DNA of 64,000 nucleotides from Leptogorgia sarmentosa (Eukaryota): NCBI GenBank assembly GCA_964658305.1, contig OZ210884.1, positions 6,572,001 to 6,636,000 of the forward strand, read 5' to 3'. Shown piece by piece: positions 35,936 to 48,170 of this stretch (position 1 is its first letter; each line of letters starts with the position of its first letter). The notes under the pieces were generated by a model. It saw only the letters and a program-made list of their open reading frames with translations, ran no database searches and was not told where the DNA came from. The position numbers and the translations under genes were made by a program.

Positions 35936-38900
35936 ATATAGTCGATCGACGTCCCGACCAAATATCAACCTAAATTCGACGTCGAAACGACGTCGTGTGT
36001 TTGCTGGGTTATATCTTAACTTTTTAAACATAAAGAGTTTCATATAGCTTTTGGAAAAAACTGTCTTCTGCTACATTAGGTTACATATAGAAGACCCGAG
36101 CACTAGCTAGCTTGTGACCTTCACACGAGCCTTCCACTTTCCAGCTTGTCTTGCCAACACACATTTACTGCAATTTGTACGTACGAGTCAAGCTTGCGTG
36201 TTATGTAACTCTCGCCCTATTTTGTCGCGGATAATGGCCATAAAAACTTGGAATATATTTTTCTAAAATGATAACATCACAACTGTATATGTGCAAATTA
36301 TTTGTTGGCAATCACGTGACGTCTTATCCAAATGAGGGGCAATTGGTTAAACATTTGTGCACGATTTTTCTTAGTATTCAAGTGTTGGTAGCGAGATAAA
36401 CTGAACGGTAACACATACATCCAAACTTAAAATTTCTCTAAAGGCCATTGCAAACAACAATGCAACACATGTACAGTGACTTAATGATAATGCTGCTGTT
36501 AATTAACAAGTAAAACTATAAACATATCTATCAGTACGACTATTATCGTATCCTAATATAATTTAGTTCGCGCGAACTTTATATTTGACAAGTTTATTTG
36601 CTGGTGTGAATTAGAAAAAAATTTTTAATTAAAAACTTGTTGAAGAAACAGGCTTGCTAGACATTAAATCTTGTCCACTATAATTAGACTTCTATGAAAA
36701 TGGGTAAGCAGAAACCTAATGCTCGTATTAGTCGTATACTATACATATAATGTTAATATGTATGTATTTATACGTAACAAATACATATTTATACCCGAAA
36801 GTCGATTATCTTTGATTTATACATGTACTACGTGCTGTAAATTTACAAATATCTGTAAAAATCTTTGTCCAAGACCAAAACAGGCAAAGTATTGTCAAGT
36901 ATAAACCTCGTCGATATAAGACAAGTAGCCGAAGTAGGCTACTGTCAGAGTAACATAAGGTAGGATTTAGGGGAAGGATAGTGTCAATTCCTTCCTCATT
37001 AAATCCCTGTGTCTCGCCTAGAACTACATCTATGTCTGCATGTAGTATATATGTTTTAATATATATATTGTAATGCGGTACGTATAAACCTTGGTGTGCG
37101 ACTGTGCGATCATTTGCTTCGTTATGCTCTAAACATAATGATCAGTAGGCTATTTCTCTTATCATGAATATATCTTGTTCTATATGAAGAAGGATATTAC
37201 ATGGCGTTTTGAAGATATTAATTTTATCTTCTCGTAGTGACGACAATATTTTACTGATAAGCGTAGAATGTTCTTTTCATTACATATGTAGTCGTGAACA
37301 ATTTAGCAATTAACCCAGTCATGAAGTAATGCTAAAAACATAGTTTTATCTCAGGTAATAATATTATTTAAATTTATATAATGAATTCTTAATTGTGCAA
37401 AATGTTAGTGCCATCTTGTACTTTCATTTTTTGGAGAAAAACATGATTGCTGTTTTTTCTTTGAACAAAGATGAAAATTGGCTCGCTGCTCTTACATGAA
37501 CGCCGCCATTATGAGAACGTAATCGATATCTTCACCAGTGAAGATATGGAAAGTGTCGCACTGTGTATATTTCGGTATCTCACTGTGTATAGCTACTATG
37601 TATAATAAAGACCTCTAAAAACAGCACTTCGCTAAACCATATAGACAGTCTACTTTACATCACATACAATATTTCGTAGGTTCAAAATAGGGATCGCGCA
37701 GTTCAGTTTTGACCTTTGATGTAAAGTGCTGTACATGCATGTATACATGTATATAGAGTGCATTGATAATACTTCGTTTGCGAGCCCGAAGCTACGTCAG
37801 TCGACTTAGAGCAGTATGAAATTACAGGTTTCAAAGACTTGGCAATATAATCGTTCAATCTAGTAATTTGTTCAACTGAAGAATGCAGACCAGTTGATTT
37901 CTTCAACCAAAAAGGCAGTCACTGACTGTACAATATGTAAAAAATTAACTATAGCGTTCAAAATATAACTATAGCTTTCAAACTATAAAGCTACAGGATC
38001 CCGTCTTGAAATGTATTATCCCTTATTATCCATATCGTGTTTAAAACTAGGCAATGCATTGATAAGACGATACAACTAACCTTAATTTTGATGATCTCCT
38101 TGGCATTCTCAACACACAAGAATCAGCCCAAAAAAGAGAGTAGCTACTTTTATGAAAAAAGGCCTATAATTATTTTTTAATTTAGAACAAATTAAAATTT
38201 TCATTTTGTTTTGCATTGCTCGCTGTGTTCAGACGGCCGAACTCACCTCTGTAATTTATTGACTTCAAGATAATAATCACTATAATAAATTGCTCTAGCT
38301 GTCCGCCGCTTGCCCGGGAAATTCACAGGTTTCATATGACAGGTCTGCTGAGGACAACCAATCCCTCTGCTTCAGACAGCAGTGTGGATTTGTTTGGTTG
38401 AAAATATCAATATATTTCATAGCATGAAGGTCAACGGGAGCTATAGGATTTTAGACCTGGAATATATAACATTGTCTCTGAAGATAACATTTTCCTGTTC
38501 TATCTAAGTGATGACACATGCTGAATTGTCTGTTTATCGTAAATATAATATGTACGCAATATAAAAGCTAAACAAAGAAACTGAATAACATATAAACAGC
38601 CGAATAATGTATAGATGATCATGAAAATCGACTTTCAACGGTGCCCACTTTTTAAGCACTTCTTCACATTCACTCGCCATTAATTATTTCCTGTACTAAC
38701 GTTCTACTATTTCGCTGCTAATTGCTGAACACCTATATTTGTTGCATGCATACTGCAATCTGGTTTATCACTTGAAAACGTACCTTCTGTTGCTACGCAT
38801 TAGTCCAGTGATACTTACTATTTAACGAGGAGATACTTGATAAAACCTCGTAAGTACTTGAGACTTTTAAAAGAGTCCTTAAGTTTAGACAATTTATGGA

Positions 38901-41900
38901 AGTATGTGTTCTGAGTCAATTCAATTATTAAACCATTGATGGTTCGTGCTTATATATATGCACTCCAGTTGAGATAGCTACTTAGACATGCAGGTTTTTT
39001 TGCACTTTAGAAGTATATAACACTAAAAGCCTTGCAAATGAAGGCATTCGATTCTCAGTATCGACCCCATGGCAAAAAACAAACAGTGAATTATAATCGC
39101 GTAATATAATATACAAATACGCGAAGTTGACACTTTAATAATACTGTAAGTGTAACAGTATTTGAACTAAAGCAAATTGCTAAACAAACATTCGCTTGTC
39201 AACTCTTCGCCTTTGGAAATTCGGACATGCATATCGATCGGTTCGTTTGAATGATTAAATATAAATTAAGTATATATAAATTCTACGAACCTCCCAATTC
39301 GTGATAACTGAAACCAGCAATCTACTTTCCTCACTAGTCCAATTTTTTTACATGGAATGGATTGAATCCCCAACCGTGACGATGTATCGAAGTAAGAGGC
39401 AAGTGTGAAGCGTGCAGTCTTTCGAATGTTTCTCGCTGTATGACTGGCCTGTAGTATGGAGTCTGAAAATGTAATGAATATCGTCTTTATCAGCTGTTCT
39501 CTTTCAATTAACGTTAATAGCGTTTTGGTTTTTGCGGGCTGATATGCGGGCTCTCACAGAGTGTGGCATGTTCCGAATGGTCTAATTTGACATAAGCCAC
39601 AATCGTAATTTACAACTAAACTACACGACTTCCTGGGGTTTTGTGCACGAACAATGTGTTTTTAAAAATGCTTCATTACGGAAAAAGAGCCGCAAAATTA
39701 ATTGGCGAATGCTCATAATGTACTGAGCTTTTTCGATTAAGGCTCAATAACCTTTTGCACGGCCTTTCAATTATACTATAAAGCAGTGAATGTCGCTTAA
39801 TTCAAGACAGAAATTATTCGCATGCAAAGAAGGAACAATCGCAATTCAATGCACTTTGTAAACCGCTGACAATGAGTCAATTAAAACGTATTTTGTGTCC
39901 ATTTTGAGTTGTTGAAATAGACTGATTCGCACGAAAGTATTTACATTAGAAAGTAGATAGGATTGCTTTTGGTATTATGTTTACGGTTGGTTTAATTTTT
40001 GCTCCAAAATGCAACGTTAATCGCCAGTTTTTAAAAACATAAGTTCGAGAGCTGTGCTTCCCGATGTAAACAATACAGATCTTGGGCGGTCGGGCAATTA
40101 TGGTGACTGGCCTTTCTTGATCACATTTCAAACATGTTGTGACATTCAGATCAAACAGAGAGTCAAATTAAATCAAATTTGAAACGGTGCGAAAACATTA
40201 TGTCGGCCGCAAAGCCAAAGAGGAGGTTATCCGTATCAAATGAACTCAACTAATTAAAATTTGAAGACAACTAGCTACTAGTGTTTTAATTTGACTGCAT
40301 GAATTTTAGAATCGTCTCGTCTGAGAACGGTAATTTGATTGGCACCAAAAACTAAATTTCCTGGTGAGAAGTTTCTCTATTTTATTTTTGGGAATTCACA
40401 ACACCTCTATGGCATCTAAAATGGTTGCATCGTAAATCTTACCCGTTCTCAAGACATTTGACATATTTCTGGGCAATACACAGTAGTTCGAACTTTCTTA
40501 ATTTAACCCTCATAATTATGTGGCAAGTGTGGGATTAGTACAAAATTGTACAATGATTCTATGATTCCATTCACTATACATGAATGATACAACAAGATTC
40601 GATGTTTCGGGCAAAGGCCGATGAAGGGTTTTTACTCAAAACGTGGAATCTTATAACTAATTAAATTCGCGGAATTGTATCGTTTAGATAGGGAGTGGAA
40701 ATATGGTCAGTAGAAAGTCAAACAGTACTATTGCTAATGCTATATTATTGTGGAGGAATGTTGAATGAAGTGCATTTTGTTCTGGATATATCTTTCATTT
40801 CAGTTATTCCGTTTGCTACTTCCGTCGAATCATATTTTTATCTTATTTGGTTGAGGTGTGAAATTCTTTTTGATGTTATCTGGGAAGGGTGGAAGTTTTT
40901 TATATTGCATGCCTTTGTAACTCTAGACGGGATAATGAAACGGAAACGTAAAACATTTAATTAGCTATAGTGTATGCTGGCTCAATCAATAAATAAATAG
41001 CAACCCCATTAAGATTTAATTACATAATGAAAAACACTAAAAAACATGCAACGTATGAATAGCAGAAGCCCAGAATAGCGTGTGCTTGTCCACACTTTGT
41101 GTACTCGTAAAAGGAAAGTGTGTCCTTGTAAGTTGAACGTGTGTATACGTGATATCGTTGTTACAACATTGTTTCAGGGGGCAATCGGGGACAAATAGTA
41201 AGTCTCAACAATTTTTGCACGCGATTGTATGTGGACGATAAAGAAAATTCTAAGATGTGAAAAATGAAAAATTCTAATTCTAAAATCTCAAGTCTGTCAG
41301 AGCCCCAATGGCCAATAGATTCTTAATTTCAGCGAATAATTCTTTCTGACTTTGGGTTAGGTATTAACATCAGTCAACCAGTAGTAACCATCACTGTGTA
41401 CGAGTCCCTTCACTTTCATCGCTGTATCGTAGAAAGATTAAAGCGAGAATGCGTGCTTCCACATATATGAGTCACGATTTAGGGGCGGTTACTATTTCCA
41501 GATTATTTGAAGTAAGATCAGGGTTTGCAGTAAGGAAGGATTAGGATTAAAACTTGGTTTAGGTAAGGAGTTCAGAATTAAGGTTAGAATTTTGGTTGGG
41601 ATTGCGATACAAAAAGACTGAAAATAGGAAACTATACCTAAAACGTTACAGATACCGGCGTACTTCTACCCTTTCTGAGTTGACAAGTAAATAATGCAGC
41701 AGTCTACAATTCAACGATTTTATACGTGCATGTGTTTTCACAACAATTCCGGATTTCTTCATTTTCCACGAGTTTTTGGTATAAAAGAAAATTCAACCGA
41801 TGTGTTCTGGTAACAAAGAGCTTACGACTGGGTTTATTGATTTCATCAGGTTTTCCAGCAATCTTGAGTATTCAATTTCAACTTCAGCGTTGTTTATAGC

Positions 41901-42826
41901 CTGCGTCATCGCGGACTTCAACACATGTTTTATCAGTCTAAAAACGCGTGTTGAAGTCTGCGACGCAGGCCATACGTTGTTTAATAATTTACGGTTCAGT
42001 GAATTTCTAATAAAAGGAGAGTGTCATTGGTTTTTACCTTCAGTTGTTCGTTTCATCCGGAGTCACAGGATTTAAAACGCAAGCAAGCAAACATTTTTTT
42101 ATCTGTGGTTAATTCAAAGGTCCTGAGATATAGCAATTCGAACCTCACACTAATTAAGGATTTGACTTGGGAAGCGCATGTACGAATGAAAACAAGGCTC
42201 AAATTATTAATTTCCGACGTTCTAGAGACTACAAATTTTAAAAACGTTCCCAATCGGCGCCAACCATGGTGGCGCCTCGTGAAATTTTCTCGGTCACATG
42301 CAGCCCTCGCCCCCATCCAAAAAAACATCCTAAAATAGGATGTAATTTTAAAGTACGAAGGGAAAAAATGCCCCATTGAAGAAATTATAATGCATTTGTT
42401 TTCCAATCTCCACTCGCGTTGATATAACTGTCTATCAAAACCGGATCGAAATGTTTTCTATTTCTTAAATATCAACCAAAATGACTTCTTTAAAAAGAGG
42501 ATTGAAAACACTAATTCTAACGGTGGTATTTTCATGTATACATATATAGCTTGCATACAAATTCAGACAGATTTTGACTCCGGATGGTTGTCATGGTCCC
42601 ACACGCTTGTCGCGCAATAGGAAGCAATTTCGGCGTCATGACGCAATTTCCAGATTTGTTTCGAACAAAGAAGCCAAAGGAGCCAAAGGCGTAGTCAGTC
42701 TGCTACCACGCCGTTTAATCCACTACGGGGAAGAGACTTGGAGACGATGCAAACAGCAGGAAAGGAATTACGAACGAGATGATGAGAACTTTGTTTGATT
42801 CAAGGTTAAATACTCCACTCGCATAA

Positions 42827-43008
42827 AGGACCGTTCACACGAGCGATTTTTTGCTGCGATTATCTCCTTTTGATAGATGTGAACGAGTATGATGTGATGC
42901 GTGCTTCCTCACCTGAACATTCGCAACTGACGTATATTAATTCACATCCGTCAAAAGGAAAAAAATCGCACTAGAAATCGAAGCAAAGTCTCTTGTGTGA
43001 ACGGGCCT
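42827..43008. mobile_element. PIF/Harbinger MITE, TAA TSD
   Basis: TAA|AGGACCGTTCACACGAG ... CTTGTGTGAACGGGCCT|TAA. A related degenerate fragment lies at about 8510-8590. Confidence 0.8.
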
Positions 43009-43451
43009 TAATTAATAGACTAAATTAGTTTAATCTTAAATCCAGATAAGGACGAAATCTATATTGGTTACTACAGCTTGTAGAAGCATCATAAAGTTAC
43101 TAACACTGGGGAAATATTCTGGGAATGTTGTAAAATATAGAATATTCTCTTTAATGTTCTCTGATTGATTTTGTTTGAGATGGAAAGTTTTAAATTGCAG
43201 TTGCGTTCATTTTGCCATTTCTTTCCGTACACTTCATTGTATAATTGATAGGAAGTTATTCACTGTTGTTATCTCATTTTCTTATTTCGTTGAAACGCAG
43301 ACGGACACACTGTCTGCGTTGGCAAAAGGGATTTCTTACTCCGACCATCAGGCGCTCTAAAAACAATAATGAGTGTGTCTATACATGCTGTGATGTGTTG
43401 ACGCATTTAAAATCCAGTTAGGGTAAAAGGTCAAAAAGCGATACAGTACTG

Positions 43452-43490
43452 TATATAAAGCCAGGATCAAGCTAAGCCGGGATATATAAG
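43452..43490 (+). promoter_or_regulatory. Two TATA boxes upstream of the thyropin gene
   Basis: TATATAAA at 43452 and TATATAAG at 43483 lie about 70-100 bp before the ATG at 43552. Confidence 0.5.
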
Positions 43491-43551
43491 CAGTCGAGAC
43501 TGCAGCGACTATAACTCATAAGTTTGAGAAGATTTTGTGGAAAAATCGACA

Positions 43552-46351
43552 ATGAAGGTCAATACGTACTGGTTAGCTTGTGCTGTGTTGCTCTACTTTT
43601 GTCAAGTCCGTCAAGCTGAAGCGAAAGCTCTTGTTTCTAAAGGTGAGTAACAGCTTGTTAAAAAAATAGGTCGGTACAGAGTAGTTTTAATCTATATCAG
43701 GAAAAGCTGAACTAGTTCATTATCAAATACATTTTACCATTTTTAAGTTGTACTTTAATTGGCACTAATCTATATACTGTAGTTGCATATCTCAGGTCGA
43801 TTGTATAGAAGGCGTTTATCTTAAACGGTGGAAAAGCAAAAAATTGAAAATATTCCTATTCATCTTGTAAATAGTTTACTTTAAATTTTATCAACTAAAT
43901 GTGTAGTCGTATGATACTTTTTGTGTTTTACAGACAAAAGTTCATCAAGTTATTAATTGTAGACTAGCAAAAAATTACGTTTAGCTCAAACCCCGCGTTG
44001 AATACAGTTAAAAATTAAATGTATGAACTGAACTATTCACTGCAAGCGAACTGAATGTTTCCGTCTAGATATGTAACTGCATGGGACTACTAAAATTTGA
44101 GTTCAAATATTTACAAGATGGATAGGAGTGTATCTAATTTTGTGCTCATCCACCGTTTGAGCTAAACTCCTTCGACACCACCAACGCCAGGAGATCTTGC
44201 GCTATTCAGTATTTTGATCTTCACTGCGATAATTGGACTCCAATTTCCATTCAAACTAAAATGAAACAGTTTTTACGAAAGCTCTCTTTTTATACTTTGT
44301 TTGATATAGAAAATCCCCCTTGTTGGGAGGTTGTGAAAGCAAACGAGGCACGATATGGTGACAACACTCCGGAAGACTTTGTTAATCCAAGTTGTGATGA
44401 AGATGGTTATTTCACTCCTCTTCAATGTTTTATTAAGCCCCTAAAATGTTACTGTGTTGATAAATATGGAAACTCCAAAACCAAACTCATCAGAGTCACA
44501 TTAGTCATTCCAGATTGCAGGCGTTTGACCCAAGACACCACAATGCCACCAACCACACAAGTGCAGACCACCACGCAAGGTGAATAGCCTATAGCTGACT
44601 GGCTAAAGTATTTTTCAAATCATTTTTATAGGCAGGATCATGCCACTAGCTGTAGTGTAAAACTGTCTGAAAAAAATCTCCCCCAAGGCGTTAATTTATT
44701 TGGATGTTTTGTCATATTTTTCATTATTTAAAAAATGAGCGTGGGAATGGGTTATGTATTAAGTTCCTAACAATCTTCTTCAATTTCCTGTATAATTTTA
44801 ATTTTGATTTCTTAGAACTTCCTGTTTGTCTGGCGGCGTCAGAAAGAACCTCGCATCTCAAAGTTTTTGGATGGAGCGGGCCAAGTTGTGATAAAGACGG
44901 TTATTTTTCTCCTCTTCAATGTCCGTTCAAAACAGGATGTTACTGTGTTGATCAATATGGAGAAGCCACAACTAAGGTCTCGAGGGACATATCATCTGTT
45001 CAAGATTGCAAGAAATTTATTCAAAACACAAAACAACCCACAACAGAAGTACAGCCCACCACGGCAGGTATGAAAACGCATTCTATCATTCCCCCAAATT
45101 TCTTTATATGTGTTACACATTTGCGAATAAATTGGCTGAGTATTGGATCTGTGTGCACGATATTCCTCAACATTCAATAACATTCCATTTTGCAACCTCG
45201 TTCCCAGCTTCCCTGGCTCCGTTAGGATCAAGAGAAAAGAAGCTGGGAACGAAATTGTCCATTTTGGTGTTACTTATGTGTTTTTGTTATGCAAATTTTT
45301 CGTTAGAATTTCCTCCTTGTTGGGAGACAGTGAATGATATGAAGGCAAGGTTCGGTGGCAACTTTCCACAAAATTTTGATGGTCCAAATTGTGATAAAGA
45401 TGGTTATTACGCTCCTCTTCAATGTTACCCATCCACTGGATGTTTCTGCACTGATAAATATGGAGCCATCAAAACTGGGAATTTCGAAGACAAATCATTT
45501 ATTCCAGATTGCAGCATCTTGATCCAAGTACAGCCCACCACGAAAGGTGATGACGCATTTCATCTGAATCCTTAATGCGTAACGCGTTTACGAATTGTTG
45601 ATCGCTTAATCAGTTTTTTAAAATTGTTCATATGTATTATTGTTATTATTGTTTTTTAAAATTCCCGCGCAATCCGCGCAACCCGCGCGAAAAGTCCCGT
45701 GTTTCTATCGTGTTATAGAAGCACAGGTTTTTCGAGCTTTTGATCAATCAACGCCCGTTGCGCGTTGCATTATTGTTGTAGAAGTATCACTGATATTCGA
45801 TGTCTCATTTATTCTCTGACCCATACAAGGGCTCTTAGAAAATCCGTACGGTACGGTCTCTGCCAAATTGTCCATTATTCTCATTCAACCTTTGTTGTTA
45901 CGTTGACTATCAGTTATAGATCCTAAAATCACAATGTATTGACATTGAAGTCCGTTTTTCACTCACGTATTTCGCGAAGTTGAACATTTTCAACAACTAG
46001 AGGTGGAACAAATTTCTTCAGCGGAGAATGAATGTAAAAGAATGATTTCTTTGTCTGGCTTCAAAAAGTAGACATTTTCAACTAGCTTTATTAATTATCC
46101 AACTCTGATGTTTATTTTTTATTCCAATAGCACTTCCTCCTTGTTGGGAGGCAATGAAAGAAAGCACAAGGTTTGTTAATCCAAGTTGTGATGAAGACGG
46201 CTACTTCACTCCACTTCAATGTCATGAATACATGGGATGTTACTGCGTTGACAAATACGGAAATCCAAGAACCCAGCTTTCCAAAAACGGCAGATCGTTT
46301 ATTCGAAATTGCAAGAATTTCGCTCATCCCGTAACAGAGGACAGAAAATGA
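43552..46351 (+). CDS. Secreted four-repeat thyroglobulin type-1 domain protein (equistatin-like thyropin, candidate protease inhibitor), about 357 aa. Exons: 43552-43642, 44310-44579, 44816-45067, 45307-45546, 46131-46351
   Basis: A signal-peptide exon (MKVNTYWLACAVLLYFCQVRQAEA) is followed by four exons, each with P-x-C-D-x-D-G-Y-(F/Y)-x-P-L-Q-C ... C-(Y/F)-C-(V/T)-D-x-Y-G ... C. All introns are phase 1 GT-AG, giving 1074 nt. Confidence 0.9.
43793..44190. mobile_element. Degenerate copy of the 59395 Harbinger-like MITE family, in thyropin intron 1
   Basis: It shares CTTAAACGGTGGA..AAGCAAAA and ATCCACCGTTT(G/A)AGCTA, plus internal similarity, with 59395-59624. Confidence 0.6.
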
Positions 46352-46599
46352 ATTATTTTAGGACTCAATGATGGACAACGTGACAATGGAATAACGAATG
46401 AAACAAGAATGATTTATCCAAATTGAACAATGATTTTTCAATATAGTAATGAGAGTATGTAATGAAATGATTTTTTTAAATATATACAGTGCAAATGAAA
46501 AGCAATATACCTTGAAATGGTATGAGATAAAATGCTTTTGTCAATTCAACTACTCATGGTTACATATCCTGGATCTATACCTTCCCTGAAACGTCGGTG

Positions 46600-47552
46600 G
46601 GTTCTTGACCAATCAGCGCATTTGTTTACCTTTCGCCGCTAGACCAATCAAAACACGTAGAGCTATACTATACTTCCGGTTTGGACACGAAGTTTAGGGT
46701 CGTAAGTAATGCCTCACAGGGGCCTGGTTTTTCAAATTTTTGAAGACCTTTTAACAAAATTTTAAAAAGTATGTAAATTTGCCTTTCATCGCTTAGTTGT
46801 GAGATATATTTGCATTCAAAAAACGCCGTACATCAGTCACTTCCGTATGGCTAATTCTGAAAGACCAAATACTCACTGCAGCACTTGGAAACGTTTCTCA
46901 TGACTATTTCTTCGCGAAAAGTCTATGATTAAGATTTAATTTTAAGCTTTCTTTCATTGAAAATATATATTACAACAGCCAAATATCAGGCAGCCAAATT
47001 CCTGATATGCATAAGTAAATGCACATAGAAACTACTTAAATTGTTTTTGAACACATTTTCAACACTAAAACAGTAATTCCTTTGAGAGCTACAATTGCTG
47101 AAGTATCCAACAACGTACAATAAATAAATCGTCACTTTCACGAACAGTGGCGCTGGGGTGAGAGGAATTTGGGAGAATCAGAGTTGGGAAAGTCTTTTGC
47201 ACATTTTTTTTTCATGTTTTGGAGAGGTTTATTTTTCATTTGAGGGAAATTTGTAGCGTGTATGTAGTTTCACAGAATGAGCTATTCGCGAGTGAACTTA
47301 CGAACGTTTTTTGGATGCGAATGACTTGAAAATTGAACGATCAAATGCAAATTGCAGCGGCTAATTTTCAAAATATTTTATAGGATTTAGTTAAAATATG
47401 TCAGGAAAATGGCAAAACCAGCCCCCTCCAAGGCATTTTTACGACCGTAAGTTTCGTATTAAAATATATGGCTAAACCGGAAGTAGTACAAGACGACGCT
47501 TTCTGATTGGCTTAGCGCCAAAAGGTAAACAAATGTGCTGATTGGTCAAAAA
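46600..47552. mobile_element. About 950-bp element with long degenerate inverted arms, between the 3' ends of the thyropin and TOP2 genes
   Basis: TTGACCAATCAGCGCATTTGTTTACCTTT..ACTTCCGGTTT..GGTCGTAA pairs with TTACGACC..AAACCGGAAGT..AAAGGTAAACAAATGTGCTGATTGGTCAA. Confidence 0.65.
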
Positions 47553-47940
47553 TGAAATTCACCCTTGTGCCATTGCTAACGGCAATCAAAATATAGAATT
47601 TCGAACAGTCCACTACTTAGTTTATACTAATACCAAAAAAGTGTTTGCCGGTGGGTTTGGCGGGTCTATGTGGCAAGTTGGTACATGTTTACATAGACAG
47701 AAAGTATTTCATCCCAAAAAATTCTGCGCAACACTTTGGAATAAATGGCGTTCGGCAGAAAAATAAAACCGGATACACTTCGTAGTATATAAATTGTGAT
47801 ATTTTAACGCATTGCAATACAAAATACAAATGACTAATTTCCATATGTACAACGGAATAAAAACGAGCTAATTTACAACAAAACGGGTAAATAAAATAAT
47901 GTACATTACAGTAAAATAACATGATACAACACCAAGAATA

Positions 47941-48045
47941 CCGTATTTACTCGTTTGAGTTTGAGCGCCACGGCCCTTCAATTTTTTGGGCTCTCGGCCA
48001 TTTTGGGCGCTTATTCGGAGGCGGCGTTCAAACGAGTAAATAGGA
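47941..48045. mobile_element. Internally deleted copy of the Tc2/pogo-like MITE at 7459
   Basis: TA|CCGTATTTACTCGTTTGAG ... TTCAAACGAGTAAATAGG. Confidence 0.75.
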
Positions 48046-48070
48046 TACTTGCATAACCACAGAAGATATG

Positions 48071-48139
48071 GAAGATAGAACTCGAAGATAGAACTCGAAG
48101 ATAGAACTCGAAGATAGAACTAGAGGATAGAACTAGAAG
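48071..48139. repeat. 13-bp tandem repeat (GAAGATAGAACTC) x5 in the TOP2 3' region
   Basis: The repeat is directly visible. Confidence 0.85.
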
Positions 48140-48170
48140 GGAATTGTGACCAAACAATTATTAATGTTGT

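Larger units (their letters stand above)
33221..36008. mobile_element. Non-autonomous EnSpm/CACTA (CMC)-like DNA transposon, 2.8 kb
   Basis: TT|CCCAGTAAGCACAC ... GTGTGTTTGCTGGG|TT gives short TIRs and a 2-bp flanking duplication. Both ends have CpG-rich subterminal GACGTCGA repeat arrays. No transposase ORF is visible. Confidence 0.8.

Noticed and set aside
39355..39420. Possible minus-strand tRNA or tRNA-derived SINE head
   Set aside because: There is only a weak B-box-like remnant and no cloverleaf, so it is too degenerate to call.
40595..40652. Possible Penelope-like terminal or hammerhead ribozyme remnant (CGATGAAG..AAAACG)
   Set aside because: The core CTGATGA/GAAA is not intact, the stems are not convincing, and no RT ORF lies nearby.
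36100..43400. Short ORFs in the gene-poor interval
   Set aside because: They show no recognisable domains or consistent exon chains and are mostly decayed repeat fragments (for example about 37180-37610).
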